Of a stretch of 64,000 nt of DNA, positions 51,274 to 61,922 are shown piece by piece. The notes below the pieces were generated by a model. That model saw only the letters and a program-made list of their open reading frames with translations, made no database searches and was not told where the DNA came from. A program made the position numbers and the translations under genes. How positions within the stretch are numbered: the first letter of the stretch is position 1; each line of letters begins with the position of its first letter. Source of the DNA: Promethearchaeota archaeon (lineage in GTDB: Archaea; Asgardarchaeota; Lokiarchaeia; Sigyniarchaeales; SOKP01); NCBI GenBank assembly GCA_016839555.1, contig JAEOUA010000009.1:32001-96000 (forward strand), written 5' to 3'.

Positions 51274-52806
51274 CAGTAACAAAGTAAGTAGATCTTATTA
51301 ATTCCAATAAATTGGGATTGTTGCTATCTAAACCTTCTTTTTATTAATCAATTGTGAATATTACTTTTATTTATTTCCATATTTCAGAGTAAAACCATAA
51401 AATTAATAAGAAAGAAGTGATAATATTTATGTATGCTCGTACAAAAAATATTTCCTACTTCTTTTCAGAATTTAGGAATCAAATCACTTCTTTCTAATGA
51501 TAGTATCACCGCATTTTTTAAAAAGTTTTGTACTGCAGTTATTTCTCGCATGTGGAAGTTCAAAAGGGGAAAAAATTCTCGATATGAAGAGCAAGATTTT
51601 CTCAAGGTATTTTTTCTCTCTGAATTATTAGGTAGATCTATTCATGAGACCAGCGAGCTACTGAATGCTTATTTATTAAGTAAGCGGCGGGGAAGACCGA
51701 AAATATTCATGGATGGAAGAAGAAAGCGTCAAATTCCGCATCAAACAGAAGTAAACAAATACCTCCGCAAGATTGGACTAAAAAAAGCTCAGAATATTTT
51801 GCGTGAATGTTTGGATGAGCAGCTTTTAGAGGCTTTAGACCGGGGGCTCATCTCAAAAAAAGTGAATGTGCTTATTGACTTTACAGAGCATCCCTATTTT
51901 GGAAAAAGGGATGATGCTATGATTAAGGGAACAAATCGGCAAAAAGGAACGAAGAAAATGCGCCATTATCTCGGCTTCTCGATTTTATCTCGAGGGACTC
52001 ATCTGTATGTAGGATTAAAGCAAGTGGCAACAGGACAATCTAAAATACCAATTATATTGAAAACACTTACACATTTGCTTGATCTGGGATTTAAATTAGG
52101 AAAAGTGATGATGGATAGAGAATTCTATAGAGCAGAGTTATTAGACCGAATAAAGGGAATGGGGGGCGAGGTAATTGTTCCTGCAAAGAAGTATAAAAAA
52201 ATTAAACAATATCTTGTAGATTATTTTAAGGGAACGCATGGTAGAGTGCGTAAATACACCTTTTCTAGCAAATTGGGTGCGGAATGCCGATATTCGCAAC
52301 ATGTTTATGTGATAATAAAAGCAAAAAACCAGTTTACTCTTCAAGGTGTCAAAAGAGCGTATAGAGCGGGAAAAATATCCTTAGACGATGCTCGGAAGCG
52401 TTTATTCCTTATCATGACTACTGAGAAACCAAGGGGTAAGACCAGCTCATGGACATCCCGCACAGCATTATTTTATCGTCGGCGGTGGTTAATAGAGACG
52501 GGGTTTTCCGACTTAAATCGAATTAATCGTCGTTGGAGATCGAACTGTGATAACGTACGGTATTTGGATATGCTGGTAAGGCTTCTGCTTTATAATTCGT
52601 GGAAGATGAATAAGAAAATGCTTCAAAAAACGAACAGAAAAGAAGGAAGGAAGATAGCATGGACACTAAATCGAAATCAAGATGTTCTACTAAATTATTT
52701 GCTCCCTCATTAAAAAAAATCATGAGGCATTCTGGCTCAATATATTTTTATGTCGGAGCTAGTCAATATAGAAAAAGAATAAAAAAAAATAAATACTTAG
52801 ATACTC
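51274..52806 (+). mobile_element. IS4-superfamily (ISH3-like) insertion sequence, ~1.53 kb
   Basis: Imperfect TIRs CAGTAACAAAGTAAGTA / (rc) GAGTATCTAAGTATTTA, 12/17 identical; poly-A on both sides consistent with an A-tract target duplication; encloses the transposase. Confidence 0.72.
51433..52713 (+). CDS. DDE transposase (IS4/ISH3 type)
   Basis: LIDFTEHPYFG, MDREFY and YRRRWLIETGF (YREK-like) motifs. Confidence 0.92.
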   Translation: MLVQKIFPTSFQNLGIKSLLSNDSITAFFKKFCTAVISRMWKFKRGKNSRYEEQDFLKVFFLSELLGRSIHETSELLNAYLLSKRRGRPKIFMDGRRKRQIPHQTEVNKYLRKIGLKKAQNILRECLDEQLLEALDRGLISKKVNVLIDFTEHPYFGKRDDAMIKGTNRQKGTKKMRHYLGFSILSRGTHLYVGLKQVATGQSKIPIILKTLTHLLDLGFKLGKVMMDREFYRAELLDRIKGMGGEVIVPAKKYKKIKQYLVDYFKGTHGRVRKYTFSSKLGAECRYSQHVYVIIKAKNQFTLQGVKRAYRAGKISLDDARKRLFLIMTTEKPRGKTSSWTSRTALFYRRRWLIETGFSDLNRINRRWRSNCDNVRYLDMLVRLLLYNSWKMNKKMLQKTNRKEGRKIAWTLNRNQDVLLNYLLPH

Positions 52807-52836
52807 AAAAAAAAAAAAAAAATTTTCTAAAAAGTT

Positions 52837-53334
52837 TTATTTGTCTGGAGTTCTTCTGCCTAACCAGTTTTCGTAAAACGTATCAATATCCGGTAAGAAG
52901 TTAAAAATTACAGGATACCCCGGAGGAACCGTTTCCACATCTAATAGAGTAAAACATCCTGGACAATAAAATTCTCGTAATTCCTCCCATTCGGGGGAGC
53001 ACCCCATATTTTCGGGGTATAGTTCACGTATGGATTCTGCATTGTCTCTTACTCTAATTCTGCATTTTGTTTTCCAGTTTTCTTGATAGGTTCCAAATTC
53101 ATAGCCACAATCACACTTAACGATTCGTTTATTATTTTTCGACACGATATAGAGGTGTTCGTGAAGAGGAAGCAATATTTTTTCCTCCCATGGAACTTTT
53201 TCTTGCAATATTTCCATAACCAGATCAAATCTCTGAGGGTCCTTTTTTCCGGCAATTATTGGCTTTAATTCTTCCCATTTGAGGGTTCCTTCTAATAATC
53301 TTTCAATTGTTTTTTTATCATATTTTTCTGACAT
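52837..53334 (-). CDS. acxC: Acetone carboxylase gamma subunit
   Basis: KDPQRF, KCDCGYEFG.YQENWK, REFYCPGC and PGYPVIFNFLPDID. Confidence 0.9.
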   Translation of the reverse strand: MSEKYDKKTIERLLEGTLKWEELKPIIAGKKDPQRFDLVMEILQEKVPWEEKILLPLHEHLYIVSKNNKRIVKCDCGYEFGTYQENWKTKCRIRVRDNAESIRELYPENMGCSPEWEELREFYCPGCFTLLDVETVPPGYPVIFNFLPDIDTFYENWLGRRTPDK

Positions 53335-53336
53335 AT

Positions 53337-55553
53337 TTAATCCACCTCCATGTGGAAATCTTCTGGTAATTTCCAGAAGTCAATAAATAATTTTCTCCAC
53401 TTTTGAGATAATGTGATACTTTCTGAAAACATTAATTTTACCTGATCACTTAGCTTACCCTCAGTTATTTTACTTTTCTCATAATTCCAAAACTCCTCAA
53501 ATGACATCGATTTCTCTTTTCTTTCATTTCTAATCTCTTCCCTTCTCCTCTGAGTTGCCTCTGTATCAATAATCCATTCTTCTTGTTCTTCGCTATAATT
53601 GGCATTTACACCATAAGCATTATATATAATATCTTTGGTATAAATTCCTTTATCCAAATCTTCTTTTACGCTCTTTAAATCTCTTTCCAAGGGGTCTCCA
53701 TATCCCGGACCACCACTCTCAGGGAAATACACTAAATCATAATTTTCCAGCATAACCGGATAGATAGAAGACCAAGGCTTTCTGATAATATCAGCCTCCA
53801 ACAATCTTTCAAAATCTCCATTACTAGGGTCATCGTCTCCAATGGGATATTCCTTTTGATTATCTATTATTTCCTTCATATTGGTATTTTTTGCGATTAA
53901 GCGATAACCAGTAGCATGTGGAAATCCGCCATGCATCCCACCAGCGCCATGAAATGCCAGTCCATCTCTCGCGCCGAAAAAATCAACATCTTCAGAATTG
54001 GCGACCATAGCAACTCCCGCATAATTAGCACCGCCACGATATTTCCCATGTCCCGCAGTATTTGGTTTAACTTTTCGTGCTAGATAGGGAACCCCTCCTT
54101 GAAATAATTCCCATGTTTCTACATCTCCTAAATCTGATTCTGGATTCCACATCGCATATCCCCAATCTAGACCATCTTTTACGGCACTCGCACCCAATCC
54201 TTGTCCACTAATCTCAAACGTAGATAAAGCCCATCGCTCTCCTTTTAAGGGACCGCTTGAATAGATACCTCCACCTTGTATGGCGTCACCAGTAAAGCCA
54301 TATCCAGGAACCACTTCCTCGCGGTATCCACGAGAAAATAATCCATATGAGATACATTTCATCATACCCGTATAAGCAGGAATCAAGTTACCCCAAGGAC
54401 TCTGATATGATAAATAAGGATCTCCAGGATTGCACCATGAACCTAATGGATAATTTTTTTTAACACCAAAATATGCTCCGTCATTCACCTTATCTCCATA
54501 AATCAAGACTTGAGTTAATAGAACCCATTGACCACCTTCCATTGCCCCTTTTCCACAATTCATTGGATTAGGTCCTGGACCACTGCATCCCTCGAAATCC
54601 AAATCTAGAGTTCCATCTTCCTCAACAATGATTTCTAAAGGTTCATTCGTTATTTTATTCACTTTTGCTCTAGGTTGCCAAGCCTCTTCTTTGAGTGGAA
54701 GATCGAAGAACGCGGCAGCTCTATATCTCCCAGGTATTAATCTTTCTTTGACTCTTTTCTGAAGAATTCTCCTTCCTTCCTCGATAGCTTCTCTAATGAA
54801 TTTTTTATAATATGTTATTCCTTCCTCTTTAATAAACTCTAATAACGCATCTCTAATCATTAGATCTCCAGCCAAACGACACTTTTCATCAAGCTCCCAA
54901 TATAAGGGGGTTCGTACTGATCTGCGGGCATTAATCATATGATCCTTCCAAATTTTATCGTTAGAACCGATTTTTCGACAAGTATAATAGACTCCATCAT
55001 CAAAACGCTGTATTGCTGCGACCAAATCATGTCCTGGAGTAATGCCACCCGTATCAATTTGATGGGTTACCCCACCAGCCCAGCCAATTAGTTCATCATC
55101 ATAAAAAATGGGAATAATGGTTTGTACATCAGTAGTATGAACATTACCACATTCAGGATCATTGTTTAAGAAGATCTCTCCTGAATTAATGCCAGGATCT
55201 TCTTCGTAATTTTCTTTAATCATAAATTTAATTGCTTCGCTCATAGTATGCACGTGAACTAGAATTCCGGTAGAGACTACCAAGGAGTCTCCTTCAGGTG
55301 TATAAAGAGCAAAACAGAGTTCACCAATTTCTTTTACTATAGGGGATGCAGCAATATGCAATGCAGTTTCTCGTGCAGATACCAGCGCACCTCTAAGGCT
55401 TGCATATGCACGCTCATATCTAAATGGGTTTTCTTCTTTTAAGGAAAGCAATTCTGTTCCATAATATTTCCCTGTATCTTCAATAAGTCGTTCACTTTCT
55501 ATTAGCATATCTTTTAGAGATTTGCCATCCCAACCAATTGGTTTATTTGCCAT
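53337..55553 (-). CDS. acxB: Acetone carboxylase alpha subunit (hydantoinase B-like)
   Basis: ARETALHIAASPIVKEIGELCF, STGILVHVHTM, GNVHTTDV and GGPGYGDPLER. Confidence 0.9.
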   Translation of the reverse strand: MANKPIGWDGKSLKDMLIESERLIEDTGKYYGTELLSLKEENPFRYERAYASLRGALVSARETALHIAASPIVKEIGELCFALYTPEGDSLVVSTGILVHVHTMSEAIKFMIKENYEEDPGINSGEIFLNNDPECGNVHTTDVQTIIPIFYDDELIGWAGGVTHQIDTGGITPGHDLVAAIQRFDDGVYYTCRKIGSNDKIWKDHMINARRSVRTPLYWELDEKCRLAGDLMIRDALLEFIKEEGITYYKKFIREAIEEGRRILQKRVKERLIPGRYRAAAFFDLPLKEEAWQPRAKVNKITNEPLEIIVEEDGTLDLDFEGCSGPGPNPMNCGKGAMEGGQWVLLTQVLIYGDKVNDGAYFGVKKNYPLGSWCNPGDPYLSYQSPWGNLIPAYTGMMKCISYGLFSRGYREEVVPGYGFTGDAIQGGGIYSSGPLKGERWALSTFEISGQGLGASAVKDGLDWGYAMWNPESDLGDVETWELFQGGVPYLARKVKPNTAGHGKYRGGANYAGVAMVANSEDVDFFGARDGLAFHGAGGMHGGFPHATGYRLIAKNTNMKEIIDNQKEYPIGDDDPSNGDFERLLEADIIRKPWSSIYPVMLENYDLVYFPESGGPGYGDPLERDLKSVKEDLDKGIYTKDIIYNAYGVNANYSEEQEEWIIDTEATQRRREEIRNERKEKSMSFEEFWNYEKSKITEGKLSDQVKLMFSESITLSQKWRKLFIDFWKLPEDFHMEVD

Positions 55554-55556
55554 ATT

Positions 55557-57698
55557 TTACACCTCCATATGGAAAATTCTATGTGTATCTAATTTTACCC
55601 GGTGACCAGGAGGGACCAGGAGTGTAGTTGCTGGAGCTTCAATTATCGAGGGACCTTCAATTATATTTCCACAATTTAATAATTCCATTTCCCATAGGGA
55701 AGCTTCATGCCACCCACCTTCCCAATAAATATCTCTATATCCTTTGGATGCTGTTTCGGGAGGTTTTTCGCCTATAAATTCTTTTTGTGGGAGTTTAGGT
55801 TTGGGAACGGGAACAATACCAGTAGCAATTGCTTTTGTAATATGATACCCTAATTCGGGACTTTTTGTCCCACGTCTGAATATCTCTTCAAATAAGTCAT
55901 TATATCGTTTTGTAAGTTCACTTAAATCTTCTGGTTTAACCATTTCAAAAGGAGAATTTACTTCCAAATCATCTAACATTCCTAAATATTGTATTTTCAA
56001 GGATGGTTTGAAAGTCATTTCATTAGGATCTCGTCCTTCTTTTTTAAATTCATCACTTATATCTTTTTTCAACTGGCCCCAGGTTGCATTTAACATCATT
56101 GCGACAGCATCATTCATACTTCCATCTGGAGTAATTATTAAATCTACTGTTTTTTCATGCCGATAGGAATGATCAGCACAAGCACATCCAAATGCAGAAA
56201 AAGCTGGAGCCCATTCTGGGATAAGTATATCTTCGAACCTTAAATTTTTTGAATATCCCGCTACATGTAGAGGTCCTCCACCGCCAAAAGAAACTAATGT
56301 ATAATTTTCAGGTCTAAAACCTAATCCTTGTATCATAGCTTGAAGATGATTTTTCATATTTATGTCAATCAAATCAAGCGCCCCTCTTGCCGTACTATAA
56401 GGATCCGAATTCATCGGTTCCGCAATTTGCGCCTCAATGTAATCAAAAGCTCTTTTTTTGTTAAGAGGTACTTTACCTCCAAGAAAATATTCTGGATTAA
56501 GATATCCCAATATTATACTACAATCAGTCATGGTTACAGTTTCCACACCAGCAGCTTCATTACAGACGCCAATAAGATGTCCTGCACTTTCCGGTCCAAA
56601 TTCTAATCTTCCTGAGATGTCATTATATCTCACATACATACCGGTTCCCGCTCCAATAGAATCCAAAGCAATCATAGGTATATTTAAAATAAATTTACCT
56701 AAGCTAGATTCCCATTTTGTTGGAATATATCTTTTACTTAAAATACCTACATCGAAACTAGTTCCACCTACATCAGATGAAACTAAATTAGTTAAATTAT
56801 ATTCTTCTGATAAGAATTTCGTTCCAATCATCCCCCCTATTGGTCCTGAAACCATTGTGGAAATCAGACTTTTATGATGAGGTGATATGGTGCCCCCATA
56901 TGATGTTAAAATTCTAAGTGGTGCTTGGACCCCTTTTGCTTTTAAAGTTTCTGCTATATTAATCATTTGTGCTCGAGATGGTTCAGCTGCATATTGTTCG
57001 ATTACGAGGGCATTAAGTCGTGGAGTTTCGCCTCTAATGGGATTATGATCGCTTGAAAGAATAACAGGAATATTAACACCTTTTTTTTTCATTATTCGAT
57101 TAGCTAATCGGGCTACTTGCTTTTCATGTCTTGGGTTCATGTAGGAACATAAGAGACAGACACATATGCTATCAACTCCTCTTTCAATTAGATCATTTAC
57201 CGCATCTTCTACTTCATCTTTATATAAAGGAATGAGTTCCTCTCCCCAAAAATTAATTCTTCCGCGAACTCCTTTAATATTTTTTTGGCTTATTAAAGGT
57301 TCTGGGTGTTGATGTTCTCTTGCATGTAAACGACCGCCATAATCAAGCCAAATCCATGCTTGCAGTGCACGACCCAATCTTAGAAGATCCTCAAAGCCCT
57401 TATTAACAATAACTCCAATATTGCTATTTCCTTCCCGCTCTAATAATCTGTTTAACATTGCTGTTCCTGAATAAACTAATGCGTCAACACTTTCCCCAAC
57501 CTCATCGATTGAAATGTTCCATAGATTAAGACAATCATTAATGGAATTCATTATTCCCACAGACTCTTTTTCAGGAGTCGTGACTGCTTTTCCCACAGAA
57601 AAACGGCCTTTATCGTCAATAATAAAGGTATCTGACATAGTCCCACCTGTATCTAAGGCTATCGCTCGTGGCCGTATAGAATTTTCAGTATTCGACAT
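55557..57698 (-). CDS. acxA: Acetone carboxylase beta subunit (hydantoinase A-like, ATP-binding)
   Basis: LDTGGTMSDTF, YSGTAMLNRLL, SGPIGG, DVGGTSFD and FGGGGPLH. Confidence 0.9.
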   Translation of the reverse strand: MSNTENSIRPRAIALDTGGTMSDTFIIDDKGRFSVGKAVTTPEKESVGIMNSINDCLNLWNISIDEVGESVDALVYSGTAMLNRLLEREGNSNIGVIVNKGFEDLLRLGRALQAWIWLDYGGRLHAREHQHPEPLISQKNIKGVRGRINFWGEELIPLYKDEVEDAVNDLIERGVDSICVCLLCSYMNPRHEKQVARLANRIMKKKGVNIPVILSSDHNPIRGETPRLNALVIEQYAAEPSRAQMINIAETLKAKGVQAPLRILTSYGGTISPHHKSLISTMVSGPIGGMIGTKFLSEEYNLTNLVSSDVGGTSFDVGILSKRYIPTKWESSLGKFILNIPMIALDSIGAGTGMYVRYNDISGRLEFGPESAGHLIGVCNEAAGVETVTMTDCSIILGYLNPEYFLGGKVPLNKKRAFDYIEAQIAEPMNSDPYSTARGALDLIDINMKNHLQAMIQGLGFRPENYTLVSFGGGGPLHVAGYSKNLRFEDILIPEWAPAFSAFGCACADHSYRHEKTVDLIITPDGSMNDAVAMMLNATWGQLKKDISDEFKKEGRDPNEMTFKPSLKIQYLGMLDDLEVNSPFEMVKPEDLSELTKRYNDLFEEIFRRGTKSPELGYHITKAIATGIVPVPKPKLPQKEFIGEKPPETASKGYRDIYWEGGWHEASLWEMELLNCGNIIEGPSIIEAPATTLLVPPGHRVKLDTHRIFHMEV

Positions 57699-57886
57699 TT
57701 TTTATCATCCAATTTTGATTTAATTAAGAATTTTCTATATGTTTTTGATTTAAATTTTTAAAAAAATATATTTTTTTAACAATTCATTTATTCTTTTTCT
57801 TAATTTATAAATTTTTATCTTTTTAAAAGGGGTAGAAAAAGAAAAAAGACAAAAAAAATGAATAAAATTTAAAAAAAATTAAGAAA

Positions 57887-58918
57887 TTAGACTTTATATT
57901 TCTGGAGCTTTATAATTTCATAGACATTTTCCGCTATCGATGCAATCAGAATAACTGTTAAGACTATCATTGTAATTGAAAATGAACTTATAATGAGTTC
58001 TGGAATATCAGAGGCAATGAAATTTGTTCCTTCCCAATAACCAACGGGGAATAAATATGGATTTAATATTAGAATAACACATAATGGAACTGCCAGTATT
58101 TTTAGGACAATCGTGATTCCTTGGATATTTTGATGTATCAAAACCCGGGTATTCCCTAAGAGTCCACGAATAATAGTAGTTATAGAATCAAGGAGTATCA
58201 AAACACCAAATAAGAGCAAAATAATGCGAAATTCATATTCCATTGCTGAGAAAAATCCAGGAATCAATTGAGTGATAAGGATCATTGCAATTACCATACT
58301 TATAGCTCCTCCAATAAATTTCTCAATTGGTTTTACAAATGGTTTAAGTTGTTCACCGGTTTTGGGAGAGATGGGTAATCCTATTTGTTTACCTTTTTGA
58401 CGCAATTTTTCCTCTGTTTGGTGCTCTTTTCTTGACTTGAAATCTTCTGGAAAATATCCCTCCATTGAAAGGACTACAAATATAGCGGTAATGATTAAAA
58501 ATGCGCTAGCAAATGACGTGTAATACTGGATGTAATTCGCCGCCTCCTCAAAATTCCCAGTAAAAAGGTTAAAAAGAATCGAAAAGGTTGTGATTGCCGC
58601 TAATATCGGAAATACTATGTATAAAACTTTCTTATATACTGGCCAAAGTTCTTTAGTTATATAAATATATGGGGTTCCTCTTTTTTTATATTCTTTCGCA
58701 ATGCTGCTAGGACTCCCCAAATGAGCAATTGCTAAGCGAGCAGATTGGGGAGTAGGGGTTCCGATATCTGATAATTCTTCAGCCTTATTTCTCAAATGAT
58801 CCTCAAGCTCCCCTAAAACTCCTTCTAATTCTTCCTTGTCATCCGTTAACCAATCTGGCAACTTCTCTTTTATGTTATTAAGATAATTTTCAAAAATATT
58901 TTCTACTTCATCTTCCAT
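57887..58918 (-). CDS. Membrane protein with N-terminal HAAS-like domain
   Basis: YLNNIKEKLP...ELEDHL...AIAHLGSPSSIAKEY followed by TM helices; directly downstream of PadR. Confidence 0.8.
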   Translation of the reverse strand: MEDEVENIFENYLNNIKEKLPDWLTDDKEELEGVLGELEDHLRNKAEELSDIGTPTPQSARLAIAHLGSPSSIAKEYKKRGTPYIYITKELWPVYKKVLYIVFPILAAITTFSILFNLFTGNFEEAANYIQYYTSFASAFLIITAIFVVLSMEGYFPEDFKSRKEHQTEEKLRQKGKQIGLPISPKTGEQLKPFVKPIEKFIGGAISMVIAMILITQLIPGFFSAMEYEFRIILLLFGVLILLDSITTIIRGLLGNTRVLIHQNIQGITIVLKILAVPLCVILILNPYLFPVGYWEGTNFIASDIPELIISSFSITMIVLTVILIASIAENVYEIIKLQKYKV

Positions 58919-58919
58919 T

Positions 58920-59453
58920 TTATTCTTTCCTCCTTTCTTTTAATTCTTGCTCAAGATTATAACCACAAACCGAACAAAATCGTATATCTTCAGTTGCAAG
59001 GTCTATTTTATTAGCACACATCGGGCAATAGAGATAATTGTTTTTCAGTTCCACCTCAATATCAACTAATTTTGATATTGCTTTTGTAAGTTTAGAATAA
59101 TAGCCCGTGAGATAATTTAAAATTTTTTTTCCGTCCTCAGTTAAAAAATAATATTTTCTACGCCTTCCCGTAGTCTGTTTTCTTGAGTTTATCACACCAT
59201 CCCTTTCGAGGTTCTTTAATAGTGGATACAAAGTTCCCTCTTCTATTATGAGCATTTCGTTAGTTTCTTCTTGAAGTACTTTAAGGATTTTATATCCATA
59301 GATACCTTTTTGTGCATAGCAACTAATAATTGATAAAACACATAAAGTACTAATACCTCGATTAATCTCTGACTCAAATTTTTCAAAGAATTCCCTGAAT
59401 TTTGGAGAGGCTATATCTGCATCAGGTCGTAATTCTTTAACTCTTTTTATCAT
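58920..59453 (-). CDS. PadR-family regulator with C-terminal double Zn-ribbon
   Basis: YGYKI, EGTLYPLL and RRKYYFLTEDG; CPMC...CSVCG. Confidence 0.92.
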   Translation of the reverse strand: MIKRVKELRPDADIASPKFREFFEKFESEINRGISTLCVLSIISCYAQKGIYGYKILKVLQEETNEMLIIEEGTLYPLLKNLERDGVINSRKQTTGRRRKYYFLTEDGKKILNYLTGYYSKLTKAISKLVDIEVELKNNYLYCPMCANKIDLATEDIRFCSVCGYNLEQELKERRKE

Positions 59454-59490
59454 GGTTATTTCATCTCATTTTTTAGTTTTTATATTATCA

Positions 59491-59540
59491 ATTGTATTGG
59501 TCCCATACTATTCATGATAATGTATGCTCACCAATACTAT
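59491..59540. promoter_or_regulatory. Nested inverted repeat upstream of padR (candidate operator or leader hairpin)
   Basis: GTATTGGT/ACCAATAC outer arms, CATAC/GTATG inner arms, central TCATGA. Confidence 0.5.
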
Positions 59541-59785
59541 GATACTCAAGGCATTGATCATATTTAAATTTTTTGATCTAAAAAAATGAAAAATGAATCT
59601 TTATGCTGTTTATTTCTTTTTAAATGATATTATGACCATTTAAGATTATAAAATTCAATCGATTAAAACAAAAAATAGCAAAGCATTAATTTTTAGGCAA
59701 AACCCAACACAAATATTTTAATAGAAGCCTCTATTTAAATCAAATATATATAAATTTATATTTAATTATTTAAAAGGTAATAAGA

Positions 59786-60442
59786 ATGGTAATTGAACTT
59801 GAAAACGACAAAATCCCTTTCTCAAAACAATATGTAGCTTTAGCAATCCTTCTATTAAATATAATTGTATATATATTGCAGTATTTAGATCCTGCTGGAA
59901 ATATGTTATTAGACGGATTCGCTTTTACTCCTTCAGAATTTTTTGCGGGAAAAGAATGGTGGACTTTGATTACTTCGATGTTTATGCATGCCAACCCAGT
60001 TCACATCATTATGAATATGTGGTTCTATTATGTTGTCGCAGATAATTGTGAATTTGAGATGGGACATGCTTGGTTTTTTGTTACATATATTGTTTCTGGA
60101 ATAGTTGGAACATTATTGCATGGATTAACTTCATTCATTATACCTGCATTTTATAACATTCCTACTCTGGGTGCATCTGGAGCCATATATGGATTAATTG
60201 CAGTCTATGCAATTCTATTTCCTAATATAAAATTGCAGATAATTACCAGTAGAGTTCCTCGCAAAATAAATGCTCGCACTTTTGGTATAATATATTTTAT
60301 AACAGAATTGTCATTAGGATTAGCAACATTTACGCTTATTTCAGACAGTACTGCCCATTTCGCTCATATAGGTGGGTTTATTGCAGGAGCTGTATTTGCA
60401 GGAGCTTATAAAATTGTAAAGAAGATAAAAAAAAAGGACTAA
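59786..60442 (+). CDS. Rhomboid intramembrane serine protease
   Basis: ITSMFMH, HIIMNM, GASGAI and AHFAHIGGF. Confidence 0.95.
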   Translation: MVIELENDKIPFSKQYVALAILLLNIIVYILQYLDPAGNMLLDGFAFTPSEFFAGKEWWTLITSMFMHANPVHIIMNMWFYYVVADNCEFEMGHAWFFVTYIVSGIVGTLLHGLTSFIIPAFYNIPTLGASGAIYGLIAVYAILFPNIKLQIITSRVPRKINARTFGIIYFITELSLGLATFTLISDSTAHFAHIGGFIAGAVFAGAYKIVKKIKKKD

Positions 60443-60661
60443 ATAATAATATAACTTAATTTCTCTCTTTTTTTTGTTTAAAATTTTATATGAATTCTGC
60501 AGTATTATCCAATTAGCTTTAAATCTATTTTTGTAAAGCATTAATATTAGTTAGAACATCTTAATTATAATTTTAGAGATGTTTTTAAATATAGTCCATA
60601 ACATAATATTAACATTTTCTTGCCATATTGATTAAAAATTTCAATGAAATGAGAAAAATTC

Positions 60662-61894
60662 ATGTCTATTTCAACATATTCTAATGAAATTAAATATATT
60701 CAGCAAGATGATGAATTTGACTATTTGAAAAGCTTAATAGAATCTCTTGACAAGGGAAAAAGTATTGGGATATTATTATACGGTGCACCTGGTACTGGGA
60801 AAACATTATTATCTATTACACTTGCTAAGAGCTTGAATGCTTCTTATTATTTCATAGATGGATCACCAGATTTAGATAGAAGAGATCTAGAAGGAAACTG
60901 GGAACTTAGGAAGGGATATACCAAATTTAATTATGGACCTTTGACCAGAGCAATTAAAGATGCAAATGAAAAGGGACTTTCATTTATTATAATAAATGAA
61001 ATAAATGCAATAAGAGAAAGTGAGCAAATTTCATTAAATTCGCTTCTATCTGAGAACCATATTAATCTCATCTCAAAAGGTTTTGAACGCCATGAATTAA
61101 GTCCAAATGCTAAATTAGTTATAATTGGTACTATGAATAAGGGAGTTGTGGGCATCAATAAACTGCAAGAGGCATTTGGAGATAGATTTCTCATATGTCC
61201 TGAAATTACTTATCCCAATAAAAAAAAAGAAATTGAAATTGCAACAAAAATTACTAACTGTAAAAAAGAGATTGCTGAATTAGTGGTTGACGCAGCCCAA
61301 CAAATACGGAAGCAAGCAACGGAAGATTTCTCCATATCTAAACTTTTCTCTACTCGCTTGGTGGTCAATTTTTGTCTATTAATCTCAAAAATGCCAGCAA
61401 AATTTTTAGCACATAACATCCAAAATTGTATTATTAATAAATTAGGAGAAACAGTGGAAGAGAGAAAAAGCATTGCGATGATTCTTGATGGAAAGATGTT
61501 TAAAGAAAAGCTTGGGAAAGTATTAGGTTATTCAGAGAGAAAAATGAAGCACCAGGAAGAAACAATACCAGTGGAAGAAGTGGGTAAAATTACTGAGAAG
61601 ATGAGAAAAGCAATTAATGAATACATTGAAAATTGCGGACCAAATCAAATATTTAAAAGGAATGGAGAAATTATGTGGAAATTCTTCCAATGGCTTTGGA
61701 ATAATAATCGGTTTATTCTCAGAAATTATTTTAGATTGACAGAAAAAAATAATTATCATATGCAATATAAAAAAGCAATGGGAAAAAGTCATGATTATCG
61801 AGGAAAAATTACACTAAGGTACATTAAATGGGTTTATAGAAACAAAAATTATGATTTAGTGATCTTTATGAAACGATTTTATCCCGTTTTTTAA
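60662..61894 (+). CDS. MoxR/CbbQ/NorQ-like AAA+ ATPase
   Basis: Walker A GAPGTGKT, GPLTRA, Walker B IIINE, GTMN, AFGDRF and STR. Confidence 0.88.
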   Translation: MSISTYSNEIKYIQQDDEFDYLKSLIESLDKGKSIGILLYGAPGTGKTLLSITLAKSLNASYYFIDGSPDLDRRDLEGNWELRKGYTKFNYGPLTRAIKDANEKGLSFIIINEINAIRESEQISLNSLLSENHINLISKGFERHELSPNAKLVIIGTMNKGVVGINKLQEAFGDRFLICPEITYPNKKKEIEIATKITNCKKEIAELVVDAAQQIRKQATEDFSISKLFSTRLVVNFCLLISKMPAKFLAHNIQNCIINKLGETVEERKSIAMILDGKMFKEKLGKVLGYSERKMKHQEETIPVEEVGKITEKMRKAINEYIENCGPNQIFKRNGEIMWKFFQWLWNNNRFILRNYFRLTEKNNYHMQYKKAMGKSHDYRGKITLRYIKWVYRNKNYDLVIFMKRFYPVF

Positions 61895-61922
61895 ATTTTT
61901 TTTTTATTTATTAGAGCAAGAG

